This document shows, piece by piece, positions 1 to 8,853 of a stretch of DNA of 64,000 nt (its first letter is position 1; each line of letters opens with the position of its first letter). The notes beneath the pieces were generated by a model. That model was not told the origin of the DNA. It made no database searches and saw nothing but the letters and a program-made list of their open reading frames with translations. Both the position numbers and the translations under genes were made by a program. Origin of the DNA: a virus; IMG/VR virus record IMGVR_UViG_3300037193_001894, positions 17,352 to 81,351 of that record. The stretch is one strand, 5' to 3'.

Positions 1-1311
1 CACCCGGTGCTCGATGTGCGCGGTGCACCGGTCGGCGATCCTGGCGGTGCTGGCCACGGCCTCGTCCACGGCCTCGAAGCCGAGGTAGGCCAGCCCTGCA
101 CGGACCTCCGCCTCGCTCTTGACGTAGAGCCCGAGGTCGTGGGCGAACAGGTCGGTCTCGTCCTGCACGTCGGTGTTGGTGTTCGCGGCCACCCACGCCT
201 TGTGCTCGTGGCGGTGCTCGGCGGTCGGGTAGTGCGAGTCCACGGTGGCCACGAGGGGAACGCCGTGCTCGCGGCCGAAGGCAACCATCGCCTCGTTGAC
301 CTTCTTCTGCTCCGGCAGGTCGTTGGGCATGACCTCCAGGTAGAACCGGTCACCGAAGATGCCCCGGAGCCGAGCGAGCCGCTCACGGGCCAGGGCCTCG
401 TCGTCCTCGATCACGGGTACGGCCAGCGGGCCGCGCAGGCAGCCGGAGAGCACGATGATGCCCTCGCTGTGGCGCTCCAGGGTGTCCCAGTCGATCCGGG
501 GGAACTTGCCGTAGAGCCCGTCACGGAAGCCCTCGGTGGAGATGGCCCAGAGGTTGCGCAGGCCCTGGTCGTCGATCGCCAGCAGCGTCAGGTGCCAGTA
601 GCCGTACATCGCCTCGGAGAAGTCGGTCTTGCGGACCAGGTTCTTCTTGCGCTGCTCCAGCGTCATGTCGGCCAGGTCGGAGTCGGACACCCGACGGCCG
701 TCCTCGGTCTCCCACCACTCGGCCATGCGGCGGAAGCGGTCGTCCTGGAAGTAGGCCTCCATGCCGAAGATCGGCTTGATCCCCGCAGCCTCACACTCGC
801 GCTGGAGTGTGGGGTGCCCCGAGCAGACGCCGTGGTCGTTCAGCGAGACGGCGCTCTGGCCGTGCTTGACGACCTCGGAGATGACCTCGGTGAGTCGCGA
901 GCGGCCGTCCATCGGCGAGTACTCGGAGTGGGTGTGCAGGTGCACGAAGCCCGTGGCAGCGCCGGGCATCGCGTCGGCGGCGTCCAGCAGGTCGGTGTAG
1001 TCGGGGAAGGAGGGGAACTCGGACCAGCCCCTGATCAGGCTGTAGAAGCCTCGATCCTCGCTGCGCAGGTCCATGAACCGCTCGGTGGCGATCGCGGCCC
1101 AGCCGCCGCTGTGCAGCGGTGCAGCCAGGGCACCAGCGCCTGCGGCTGCGGCGCGTGCCCAGAACGGTGCGGAGATGTGCAGCAGCGAGTCCGTCACGTA
1201 CCAACGGATGCCGAGGTCGTCCTCCAACAGGCTGTTCGCCGGATAGGTCCGGTGATCCACCATGACGGTCTCGGTCGTGCTGCCGTACGTCTCGATGAGT
1301 GAGTACGACAT
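1..1311 (-). CDS. dnaE: DNA polymerase III alpha subunit (N-terminal part with PHP domain; runs off window edge)
   Basis: Not in ORF track; translated manually from ATG 1311 (GGAGAG RBS). Contains FVHLHTHSEYSPMDG, NDHG, GIKPIFGMEAY, HLTLLA, LSGCLRG, FYLEVM and TVDSHY PHP motifs. Confidence 0.95.
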   Translation of the reverse strand, partial: MSYSLIETYGSTTETVMVDHRTYPANSLLEDDLGIRWYVTDSLLHISAPFWARAAAAGAGALAAPLHSGGWAAIATERFMDLRSEDRGFYSLIRGWSEFPSFPDYTDLLDAADAMPGAATGFVHLHTHSEYSPMDGRSRLTEVISEVVKHGQSAVSLNDHGVCSGHPTLQRECEAAGIKPIFGMEAYFQDDRFRRMAEWWETEDGRRVSDSDLADMTLEQRKKNLVRKTDFSEAMYGYWHLTLLAIDDQGLRNLWAISTEGFRDGLYGKFPRIDWDTLERHSEGIIVLSGCLRGPLAVPVIEDDEALARERLARLRGIFGDRFYLEVMPNDLPEQKKVNEAMVAFGREHGVPLVATVDSHYPTAEHRHEHKAWVAANTNTDVQDETDLFAHDLGLYVKSEAEVRAGLAYLGFEAVDEAVASTARIADRCTAHIEHRV

Positions 1312-1334
1312 CGGCTCTCCCTAGAGCAAGAGCC

Positions 1335-1373
1335 CCCTCCCACCCCGATGGGGGTCGCGGTGGGGTGGGAGGG
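1335..1373 (-). terminator. GC-rich hairpin between ssb and dnaE (terminator or processing stem)
   Basis: Inverted repeat CCCTCCCACCCC/GGGGTGGGAGGG; weak U-tract. Confidence 0.4.
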
Positions 1374-1388
1374 AGCCCTCACGTTCTC

Positions 1389-2363
1389 TCAGTCGATGTC
1401 CGAGACCGACGACGACGCGCCGACCGGGGCGGGCTGGCCCTGGCTGCGGACGCGCTCACGCATCGCCGCCAGGCGGTCCTGGTCAACATCGGTGTCGTCG
1501 TTCTTGGGCACCTCGGGAGCCGAGGACTCGCCCTTCGACGAACCCTCGCCCTTGCTCGGGACCGTCTTGGTCTCGTCGAAGAACCGGGCGTAGAACTCGT
1601 CGCTGGCCCGGTCGGAGAGGATCTTCACGAGGTCGATGTTCTGAGCCTTCATCGACTCCTCGTACTTCTTCCACCGCTCCGTGCCCGGGGCGAGGTTCTC
1701 GGTGATCCCCAGGCCGATGTGGGTGTAGACGGCATCCTTGCCCTCGCCGGTCCGCTTGACCACGAAGTCCTGGTTGCAGATCGTCCCGCCGAACGCCGAG
1801 GCGATCGCCGACAGCCCGTTGAAGTAGTTGCTCGGGGCCATGTTGACCACGACGATCCGGCGCTCCTGGAGGACCTTGCCGGTCGGCTCGCCCTTCTCGT
1901 CCCGCTCGTCGATCTCGCGGATCGCGTCGCGGAAGCCGAGCCGCTTGCCGATCTGCGACTCCTCGATCTCACCGGCCGCAGCCATCTCCTTGGTGCCGAC
2001 GACCTCCTCGCGGATGCAAGCCAGCGCCCAGTTCCGGATGGTCGGCTTGCACGGGCGACCCCACTGGTTGGTGAGCCCCTGGTCGCAGATGTAGCAGTCC
2101 TTGAACTGCCCCTCGAACGCCTCGTCGTACCGGCACACGGCGGGCATCGACTTGGGCCAGTTGCCCTCGTAGTCCTTGGGCTTGTTCTTCGTGGGCACCG
2201 AAGCGTGCTGGTCCACGAAGATCCAGTCGTCCTTGTCGGTGAGGTAGCGCAGGACCTCCTGCTCGCCCTCGTCGATGCTCAGGTACTCGACCCGAGCGAA
2301 GCGACCTCCGCCCTGGTTCTCTGCGGCCTTGGTTGCCTGGTCTCCGCCCTTGCGAAACGCCAT
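1389..2363 (-). CDS. Phage single-stranded DNA-binding protein (gp32-like)
   Basis: 324 aa, CxxC zinc site (CYIC), acidic flexible tail ending SDID, located next to dnaE. Confidence 0.65.
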   Translation of the reverse strand: MAFRKGGDQATKAAENQGGGRFARVEYLSIDEGEQEVLRYLTDKDDWIFVDQHASVPTKNKPKDYEGNWPKSMPAVCRYDEAFEGQFKDCYICDQGLTNQWGRPCKPTIRNWALACIREEVVGTKEMAAAGEIEESQIGKRLGFRDAIREIDERDEKGEPTGKVLQERRIVVVNMAPSNYFNGLSAIASAFGGTICNQDFVVKRTGEGKDAVYTHIGLGITENLAPGTERWKKYEESMKAQNIDLVKILSDRASDEFYARFFDETKTVPSKGEGSSKGESSAPEVPKNDDTDVDQDRLAAMRERVRSQGQPAPVGASSSVSDID

Positions 2364-2367
2364 GGGA

Positions 2368-3351
2368 TTACCTGCTCTCTATTGCTGGACGCACGGTGTG
2401 TGCGCTGATCTGGGTGTGCAGTGCTATTGCGGCGCGAGAGGCCAGGTCGGGCGAGACCTGGACCCCCTTGTTGAGGAAGACCACCCACTCCTCGTCCACC
2501 GAGGCAACGGCGTAGGGGTGCGGCTGGTTTCCCATCAGGCCGACGGCGAGCGTCGGGCTGATCCCTCTCTCCGACAACTCGGTGATCAGAGCGGCCTGCC
2601 ACTCGGCGAGCCTCTCGGTATCCCACTTCGTGGTCTTCCAGAGGTAGAACGAATACTGCCAGTCTGCACCGACAGTTTCGTGGTGCGGATCCTCATCGAA
2701 CTCGTCTTCACCAACCGTGTCAAGCGACTCGCCGGAATCACTTGAATCGGTTACGAGGCCACCCGATGTCTCCGGCTCCAACTTGTACCCCCAGTCGTCG
2801 AGCACGGACTCGGCGGTGGTGTAGTCGCCGGTCTCGCTCCTCTTGGACGCCTCGGCGGCAGCCCTCAACTTGAGGGCCTCCTGCACGTACTCGTCGTCGA
2901 GGTACTGCTCGCCCAGAGGGAGCGCGTCGTACGCCCCACGCACCTCGGGGTTGAGCAACTGGGTCATGCAGTAGGTCAGCCGCCGAGAGTCCTGGCCACC
3001 CTTGTCGAAGTAGGCCAGGCGGAGATCCTTGCGGGTCGCACCGACATACGGCCAAGGGATGCCCAGGTCCCGGTAGTAGCGGTTGGGGTCCCACGCGAAC
3101 AGCGGACCGGCCAGCGCCATCGTGCGGCTCGTGGAGCACCTCCGGGGTCCCGACCCAACCAGCGCAGGCTCTGCGCCCGTCCCAGGCCGGTCTGGGGGCT
3201 CGTAGAGCCGCTTGGGGATCGGGTCGTATGCGTCCTCGACGTGCCTGGGGGCACCCTCGCGCACGTAGTTGATCCCAGCGGTGGACGAGCCGAGGTGCTC
3301 CTCGTACTTGCGCACGATGTGGCTGAGGTCCAGTGCCTCGCGGAACGGCAT
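2368..3351 (-). CDS. DnaJ/J-domain-like protein lacking HPD
   Basis: DPNRYYRDLG..ATRKDLRLAY..LLNPEVRGAYD matches the J-domain helix pattern; start chosen at ATG 3351. Confidence 0.6.
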   Translation of the reverse strand: MPFREALDLSHIVRKYEEHLGSSTAGINYVREGAPRHVEDAYDPIPKRLYEPPDRPGTGAEPALVGSGPRRCSTSRTMALAGPLFAWDPNRYYRDLGIPWPYVGATRKDLRLAYFDKGGQDSRRLTYCMTQLLNPEVRGAYDALPLGEQYLDDEYVQEALKLRAAAEASKRSETGDYTTAESVLDDWGYKLEPETSGGLVTDSSDSGESLDTVGEDEFDEDPHHETVGADWQYSFYLWKTTKWDTERLAEWQAALITELSERGISPTLAVGLMGNQPHPYAVASVDEEWVVFLNKGVQVSPDLASRAAIALHTQISAHTVRPAIESR

Positions 3352-3355
3352 CGCG

Positions 3356-3739
3356 CTACTCCTTCTCGGTCTCGTCCGCCAGGTCACCCTCGTCCTGGTC
3401 GGACCACTCGTTGCTGCTGGCGGTCTTGGACACCGCGTCGCCGTCCTCGTTGAGGATCTGGCCGGTGCCGTGCTTCCTGAGGCTCATCTCGTCACCCCCC
3501 TCCACGATGTCGTCGTGCTGGAAGACGTAGAGGTACCTGCGGCCGAAGGGGACCTTGGTGTAGGCGAGCGCGTACTGGTAGTGGAACTGGCCGCGCCTGA
3601 CCACGTTGCCCTCGGAGTCCTTCTCGACGAAGCAGTGGCCCGGCTCGGAGAGGAACGGGTCCAGGGGCAGGTCCAGACGACGCTCGTCGCCGTCGGCCGG
3701 GCCTCCCCAGAACCCTACGGTCGTGGTCATCGTCATCAT
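3356..3739 (-). CDS. Hypothetical protein (possibly two genes, second starting at ATG 3487)
   Basis: ATGA overlap with primase stop; strong GC3; internal RBS+ATG at 3487. Confidence 0.6.
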   Translation of the reverse strand: MMTMTTTVGFWGGPADGDERRLDLPLDPFLSEPGHCFVEKDSEGNVVRRGQFHYQYALAYTKVPFGRRYLYVFQHDDIVEGGDEMSLRKHGTGQILNEDGDAVSKTASSNEWSDQDEGDLADETEKE

Positions 3740-4923
3740 GCGCACCCCCCGTCGTGCGCCTTGGCCATGCAGCGGTAGCAGGTCAGCGCGTTCGGCCGCT
3801 GCCAGATCACCCAGGGCACGGCCTCGGAGTGCAGGTCCCTCAGGTCGTCGTTGTCCATCTCCCCAGGATCGGCCGAAAACGGGCTTTCCACGGCCCAAAC
3901 GTCGGTGTACTGGGCAACCGTCTCCAAGATGCCCTTCTTGGTCACCTTGCCGCGCCGGTCGGTGAGGTCGAGGTAGGCACCCCAGCCCGCTGGGTCGTTG
4001 TCGAGGTGGAACACCACCCGCTTGTACCGGCCGAGCAACTTGGCCTGCCGCTCGGTGATGTCCGCCCCGAAGGTGGCCACGGTGTGGAAGTCCTCGCGGT
4101 CCTGCACCAGCACGCTGAACGGGCTCTCGAAGACGTTGACCTCCTCGAACCGCTCGGGGGCGTAGTTGAACAGCGTGGAGTCCTTGGGGAAGTCGGTCGA
4201 GGACTTGTACTTCGGGGTCCCGTCGCTGGCCAGCCGTCGCGTCTGCCAGCCCACCAGGTCGCCGCGCCAGAAGTGCGGGATGACGATGCGCTCGCTCGGG
4301 GGCAGGGCCTGCCGGGTGCCGTCGGCCTTCACCCGGAAGCCCATCGGGAACCGCTCGGAGTAGCCGATCTGGAACCGGACGGCGTTCTCCTCGGGGACGC
4401 CCCGGCCACCGACGTTGCGGCCGTCGGCGTCGTACTCGATCGGGTCGGTCACCCAGGGGTGCAGCAGCCGCCACGGGTCCAGCACCTGGGGGTCGTAGAT
4501 CGGCATGGGGGCGCGCTCGCCCTTGGTGCCGTAGAGGGCCTGGAAGAACCGCAGCAGCGCGGAGAGGTCCATGACCTCGCCGTCGGTCCCGGTCTCCTTC
4601 GCCAGCCACTTGCGGGCCTCGGTCGAGGAGCCGCCCCGGTGCTCGGCGATGAACCACAGCAGCCCGCCCGACCGCTTGCACCCCAGGCACTTGAACGTCA
4701 ACTTCTTGTAGTTGAGGGCGGCGGTCGGGTCGTGGTCCTGGTTGCGGTGCTCACCGAGCACGCAGGGGATGATCAACTCCTTGCGGGTCGCGGAGTGGCT
4801 GTGCACCCGCAGTTGGAACTCGTCGAGGAGTTCTCGGCACAGCCGCTCCTTCTCCGGCTCCGGCAGCAGCGCCGCCTCGAAGGGCTGGGAGGAGGGGGCT
4901 TCGCCCCTACGGAACGCCGTCAT
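3736..4923 (-). CDS. DNA primase (zinc-binding domain + TOPRIM)
   Basis: C-x3-H...CLGC zinc finger, ERIVIP, KYKSS, VFESPFS, LDND TOPRIM motifs; real start ATG 4923 overlapping the upstream stop. Confidence 0.9.
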   Translation of the reverse strand: MTAFRRGEAPSSQPFEAALLPEPEKERLCRELLDEFQLRVHSHSATRKELIIPCVLGEHRNQDHDPTAALNYKKLTFKCLGCKRSGGLLWFIAEHRGGSSTEARKWLAKETGTDGEVMDLSALLRFFQALYGTKGERAPMPIYDPQVLDPWRLLHPWVTDPIEYDADGRNVGGRGVPEENAVRFQIGYSERFPMGFRVKADGTRQALPPSERIVIPHFWRGDLVGWQTRRLASDGTPKYKSSTDFPKDSTLFNYAPERFEEVNVFESPFSVLVQDREDFHTVATFGADITERQAKLLGRYKRVVFHLDNDPAGWGAYLDLTDRRGKVTKKGILETVAQYTDVWAVESPFSADPGEMDNDDLRDLHSEAVPWVIWQRPNALTCYRCMAKAHDGGCA

Positions 4924-5243
4924 GACCCCACCACCGCCCGGATCTGCTCCATCTGCTCGGGCGTGCGCTGCGCGCTGTGGTCCACGTACTTGCCGTGCTT
5001 GAGGGTGTGCAGGTTGCCCTTGGGCGCACCGCCCGTGGCGGGCCGGTACTCCTTGTGCCAGGCGAGCACCGCCTCGATGTCGAACATCGCGGCCCGCTTG
5101 CGTCCGCCCGCAGGGCTGGGGGAGATGACCTGCGCGACCATCTCGGGGAACCCGTTGCGGGCTCGCCGCTGGTGCCACATGTAGACCTGGTTGGCCGAGA
5201 CGCCGAGCAGCCTCCCGAGGTCGGTGTACCCCGCTACCTCCAT
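4920..5243 (-). CDS. Helix-turn-helix DNA-binding protein (AlpA/excisionase-like)
   Basis: GYTDLGRLLGVSANQVYMW...GFP...FDIEAVLAW pattern. Confidence 0.7.
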   Translation of the reverse strand: MEVAGYTDLGRLLGVSANQVYMWHQRRARNGFPEMVAQVISPSPAGGRKRAAMFDIEAVLAWHKEYRPATGGAPKGNLHTLKHGKYVDHSAQRTPEQMEQIRAVVGS

Positions 5244-5246
5244 CGC

Positions 5247-6557
5247 CTAGTCCCCCACCGTGATCTCGTGCCGGACACGGTACGAGCCGTGCTCGGGATC
5301 CCAGATGATCTGCCAGTTCTTGATGTCCTCGCGGCGGGCAGCGAGGATCTGGAACTTCGCCACCTTGTTGATCCGCTCGGCCTGGTTCTGGTGCAGGGCG
5401 AACACCCAGTTCGCGGCCCGCTCGACACCGGCCGACTCCGCGAGGTGCTGCATCTCGTGGTAGTCCTGCTTCTTCGCGGCCTCCATGCCAGCCCGGTTGA
5501 TCTGGTGGGCCAGCAGCAGCGCGATCGGGTCCCGGCCGTCCTTGATCAGGTCGGACAACTCGTGGACGTTCTCGTTGAACAACTCGTGCCGGGGCTTGCG
5601 TCCGGGGTTCGGGTGCTCGACGTGGGTCAACTGGTCGATGGCCACCCGCTGCACCCCGAGCATCTTCGCCTCGCGGATCATCATCTCCGGGGTCCTGGAG
5701 CCACGCGGCGGGGCGATGATGTGCAACTGCCCCGGCATGTCGGGGAGCACCTCGTGGATGAACTTGCGGACCTGCTGGACCTGCTCCTCGTCCACGGTGC
5801 CGCGCTGCCAGTGCCGAGGGTTGATCCCCAGGTGCAGGCACACGATCCGGTCCAGGGTCATCTCGACCGAGTTCTCCAGGGTGAACAGGCAGAAGTCGTT
5901 GCCCTGCTCGGCCCACTCGAACTTGGCCACCCGGTCCAGGAAGTAGGACTTGCCGACCTTGGGGCCTGCGGCGACCACCGCCATCTCCCCGGGGTGCACC
6001 CCGCCCGTGTGCTCGTCGATCTGCGGCAGCCCGAAGGTGATGCCCTTGGTGGCCGAGCCCTCCTCGACGCGGCGCTCGTACGCGGCCAGCGCGGTGGTGA
6101 ACCCCTCGGAGGCGAGAGCCCGGTTCGACCGGTCCTGGAGCCGGGCGCTGACGGTGAACAACTCGTTGGTGACCTCGGCCAGCATCTCCACCTTGGTGGT
6201 GACCGGGGCCTGGGCCATCCGGGTGCTGGCGTCCTTGATGAAGGTCTGCCACTCCCGGCCCGCGTAGAGGTCCTTGAGGCTGTCGATCGCGGACTCGATC
6301 GTGTCGATCTCGATGTCCTCGTCGGGGAGTTCGACCTCCTCCTCCTCCAGCGTCTCGCCCCAGGTGGCCAGGAGGAACTCCCGGCTGGGGGCCTGCCGAC
6401 GGCCGGAGTCGAAGTAGTAGTCCAGTGCCCAGGCGACCATCGGCCGCAGCGGCTCGGTGGGCACGCACTCCAGGTCGAGCCCGCGACGGGCCAGGGTCTC
6501 CAGGGCGTCGATGTCGCTCAGGCTGGCGTAGAGCACATCCTCGGAGTGGGTGGTCAT
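5247..6557 (-). CDS. dnaB: DnaB-like replicative helicase
   Basis: Walker A AGPKVGKS, FTLEN, IDQL, HQINR, LAESAGVERAAN; start ATG 6557. Confidence 0.9.
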   Translation of the reverse strand: MTTHSEDVLYASLSDIDALETLARRGLDLECVPTEPLRPMVAWALDYYFDSGRRQAPSREFLLATWGETLEEEEVELPDEDIEIDTIESAIDSLKDLYAGREWQTFIKDASTRMAQAPVTTKVEMLAEVTNELFTVSARLQDRSNRALASEGFTTALAAYERRVEEGSATKGITFGLPQIDEHTGGVHPGEMAVVAAGPKVGKSYFLDRVAKFEWAEQGNDFCLFTLENSVEMTLDRIVCLHLGINPRHWQRGTVDEEQVQQVRKFIHEVLPDMPGQLHIIAPPRGSRTPEMMIREAKMLGVQRVAIDQLTHVEHPNPGRKPRHELFNENVHELSDLIKDGRDPIALLLAHQINRAGMEAAKKQDYHEMQHLAESAGVERAANWVFALHQNQAERINKVAKFQILAARREDIKNWQIIWDPEHGSYRVRHEITVGD

Positions 6558-7369
6558 CCCAGGGCCACCGGTCGGGAGATGTTGTTGAGCGCGTCGCTCT
6601 TGGCGCGCTCGCGCACCCGGATGCGGAAGGACTCCCCGGTGACCTCGTGGTCCAGGCACGCCTCGGCCAGCAGGCTCATCACTGCCCCGCCGTAGCCGGA
6701 GTTCATCTCGTCCATGGAGTAGTTGGTCGTGATGATCGTCGGCCGGGAGTTGGCCACCCGGGACCTGATCACGGTGTCGAAGATCGAGCCAGCGAGTTCG
6801 ACCTTGCCCTTGTACTCCTTGCCCACGTCGTCCACCACGAGCACCCCGGCGTTGGTCACGCGGCGGACGAACCACTCGCGCTCCTCGGCGCTGTGCCAGC
6901 CTGCGGTGTAGGCGTCGAGCATCTCGTTGAACTGGGTGAAGTAGCCGTCGTGCCCGAACGCGATCAGCGACTTGAGCAGCAGGGTCGCCAGCATCGTCTT
7001 GCCGGTGCCCGACTGCTTCCCGAGGAGGATGAAGCCCAGCCCCGCGCTGGTGTAGGCCTTGGCGTTCTCGCCGTACTCCACGATCGCGTTGACGACCGCC
7101 TTGGGGACCTGGCTGTCCACGTCCTGCCAGGTGAGCCGCTGGTACTTCAACCCGACGCCGCAGTGGCGCAGGTGGCAGTACAGCAGCCACTGGCTGGGGC
7201 AGTCGCACTCCGTCTCACCCTCGGGGGAGATGAAGACCTTCTCGCCCTTGCAGGTGATGCACGAGGCGTAGGGGTCCCGCCACAGGTCGGGGTGGCGTCT
7301 GCGGAGCCGGTCGAAGTCGGCGTCAGGCAGCGGCTTGATATGCGACGGCAGGGGCGGCAAGGTCAGCAT
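6554..7369 (-). CDS. DnaC/IstB-like AAA+ helicase loader
   Basis: N-terminal CxxC..CxC, Walker A SGTGKT, Walker B LVVDDVGKE, TIITTN. Confidence 0.88.
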   Translation of the reverse strand: MLTLPPLPSHIKPLPDADFDRLRRRHPDLWRDPYASCITCKGEKVFISPEGETECDCPSQWLLYCHLRHCGVGLKYQRLTWQDVDSQVPKAVVNAIVEYGENAKAYTSAGLGFILLGKQSGTGKTMLATLLLKSLIAFGHDGYFTQFNEMLDAYTAGWHSAEEREWFVRRVTNAGVLVVDDVGKEYKGKVELAGSIFDTVIRSRVANSRPTIITTNYSMDEMNSGYGGAVMSLLAEACLDHEVTGESFRIRVRERAKSDALNNISRPVALG

Positions 7370-7414
7370 GGCTCTCCCGGAGTGCTGATGGTCGGTCGGA
7401 CGCTCTGGCGGGCG

Positions 7415-7822
7415 TCAGGACAGGTTGTCGGCGATGGGTTGTGCGAAGTAGGGGTCGGAGCCCTTGCAGAAGCGGTTCACGGAGATCGGGGCGTTGCGCC
7501 ACATCCCGCCATGGACCTGGAACGCGGCCCTGGAGATGGCGACGGCCTTCTCGATCCCCCAGCGCGAGATGAAGCCCTTGAAGATCCCGGCCTCCTTCTT
7601 CGGGTCCCGCACCTGGGGACCATGCGCCGCCTCGATCTCTCCGACCACGTAGTCCCGCAGGTCCGACCAGTTCCACATGGCCTCGGGCTTGGCCAAGAAG
7701 CCCCGCTGGTCGCTCGCCGGGATCACGGTGACCCGTTCCTCCACCTGGGGGACCGGAGTCGATCGGGTGATCACTCGCCGGGTGGACTGTGCGGTGTCGA
7801 GGTCATTGTCGAAGTCGAGCAT
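7415..7822 (-). CDS. Hypothetical protein upstream of helicase loader (possible initiator or accessory factor)
   Basis: AAGGAG RBS, GC3 bias; function inferred from position only. Confidence 0.7.
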   Translation of the reverse strand: MLDFDNDLDTAQSTRRVITRSTPVPQVEERVTVIPASDQRGFLAKPEAMWNWSDLRDYVVGEIEAAHGPQVRDPKKEAGIFKGFISRWGIEKAVAISRAAFQVHGGMWRNAPISVNRFCKGSDPYFAQPIADNLS

Positions 7823-7852
7823 GGTCGGGCAACTCCTTGGAGAGGTCGTAAC

Positions 7853-8191
7853 TCAGCGGGTGGTCTGATCGTTGCGCAGGAGGGTCTCCCAGAACGGAGT
7901 CCCGATCTTCTCGACGGCCGTGCGCACCAGGGAGTGCTCGGCGGCGAGAAGGGAGGTTGAGGAGATGAGGATCAGGTCGGCCCGGCCCTTGTGGACCATG
8001 GCGACGGTGATCGGCTCGTCGGTCTGGCTCGCGCCCCACTCGGTGACGGGCACGGGGGTGGCGACCAGCCAGTGGTAGTCGTCGAGCCCCACGATGTAAC
8101 CGGCCACCTCGTGGTACGGCTGACTGCCGAGGAACCGGAAGGTGACCTTGCGGCCCTTCAACGCAGCATGGGTGATCTGCTTGTTCGACAT
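7853..8191 (-). CDS. Hypothetical protein (small beta-barrel-like)
   Basis: GC3-biased coding from ATG 8191; alternative start at 8287. Confidence 0.65.
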   Translation of the reverse strand: MSNKQITHAALKGRKVTFRFLGSQPYHEVAGYIVGLDDYHWLVATPVPVTEWGASQTDEPITVAMVHKGRADLILISSTSLLAAEHSLVRTAVEKIGTPFWETLLRNDQTTR

Positions 8192-8372
8192 GGAGGAGCC
8201 GAGACGACCCCGGGGTGCGAGCGCGCCTCGCGGGCTTTCCGTCACCGTTCCCCCGCTCACACTGCCTCCACCGAAAGAGAGCCCCATCCCACTCTTGGAC
8301 CAGGAAGGGCGGGATGGGGCACGCAGTGGGCCTCACCTCGTCTGGCGAACCGAGGGGGTTGTAGGTCAAGTC

Positions 8373-8432
8373 GGTCGATTCAAGTGAATCGACCCAGATC
8401 ACACAGTAGGACCCGGTAACGACGGAGGTCAA
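8373..8432 (-). promoter_or_regulatory. Sigma70/HrdB-like promoter of the replication operon with a palindrome at the transcription start
   Basis: TTGACC-18 nt-TACTGT on the minus strand (8432-8403), followed by perfect IR GGTCGATTCA-AG-TGAATCGACC (8373-8394). Confidence 0.65.
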
Positions 8433-8563
8433 GCACTTCGTGGAGAACCGTGTTCGGCGTGTCGTGGTAACCGATTGAAACGGTACCGGCGAGGCTCTGC
8501 ACGGTTCGGAAGTCCGTGCCCGAGAGAAGGTCTGCTGCCCCGAATCCAGAACGGAAGATAGCA

Positions 8564-8606
8564 GAAAAGAAGGACCCACCGAGCGCGACACGCCCGGTGG
8601 GTCCTT
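8564..8606 (-). terminator. Rho-independent terminator
   Basis: AAGGACCCACCG...CGGTGGGTCCTT stem followed by CTTTT on the minus strand. Confidence 0.8.
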
Positions 8607-8613
8607 GGCTAGA

Positions 8614-8853
8614 TCAAGAAGTTGGCTGAACGGCGGCTTTCTTCTGACCAGACGGCTGCTTGCGCCTCCGCCGAAGGGTCTTGACCTCAGTCCCCTCGGG
8701 CGGCAAGAACGGCGCGATGCACTTGGCGCAGAGATCTTTGTGCACCTCCCCCGAGAGCACACTCCCCTCGAATCTCTGCACCAGCCGCTGCCGCTGCGAA
8801 GCGTTGATCACCGCTCCGCAGCCATCACACTGGTAACCCCGGAACGCACTCAT
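8614..8853 (-). CDS. Small zinc-finger protein with basic tail
   Basis: CDGC...DLCAKC; ATGA overlap at 8850-8853. Confidence 0.75.
   Translation of the reverse strand: MSAFRGYQCDGCGAVINASQRQRLVQRFEGSVLSGEVHKDLCAKCIAPFLPPEGTEVKTLRRRRKQPSGQKKAAVQPTS

Noticed and set aside
3736-6468. Over-long ORF-track calls (910-aa primase, 653-aa DnaB, 643-aa baseplate, 566-aa ART and others)
   Set aside because: Their N-terminal parts are off-frame overlaps of upstream genes; starts were reassigned using RBSs and stop/start coupling.
6554-7369. IstB-like ATPase as part of an IS21 element
   Set aside because: No transposase or terminal repeats; it is coupled to DnaB as a helicase loader.
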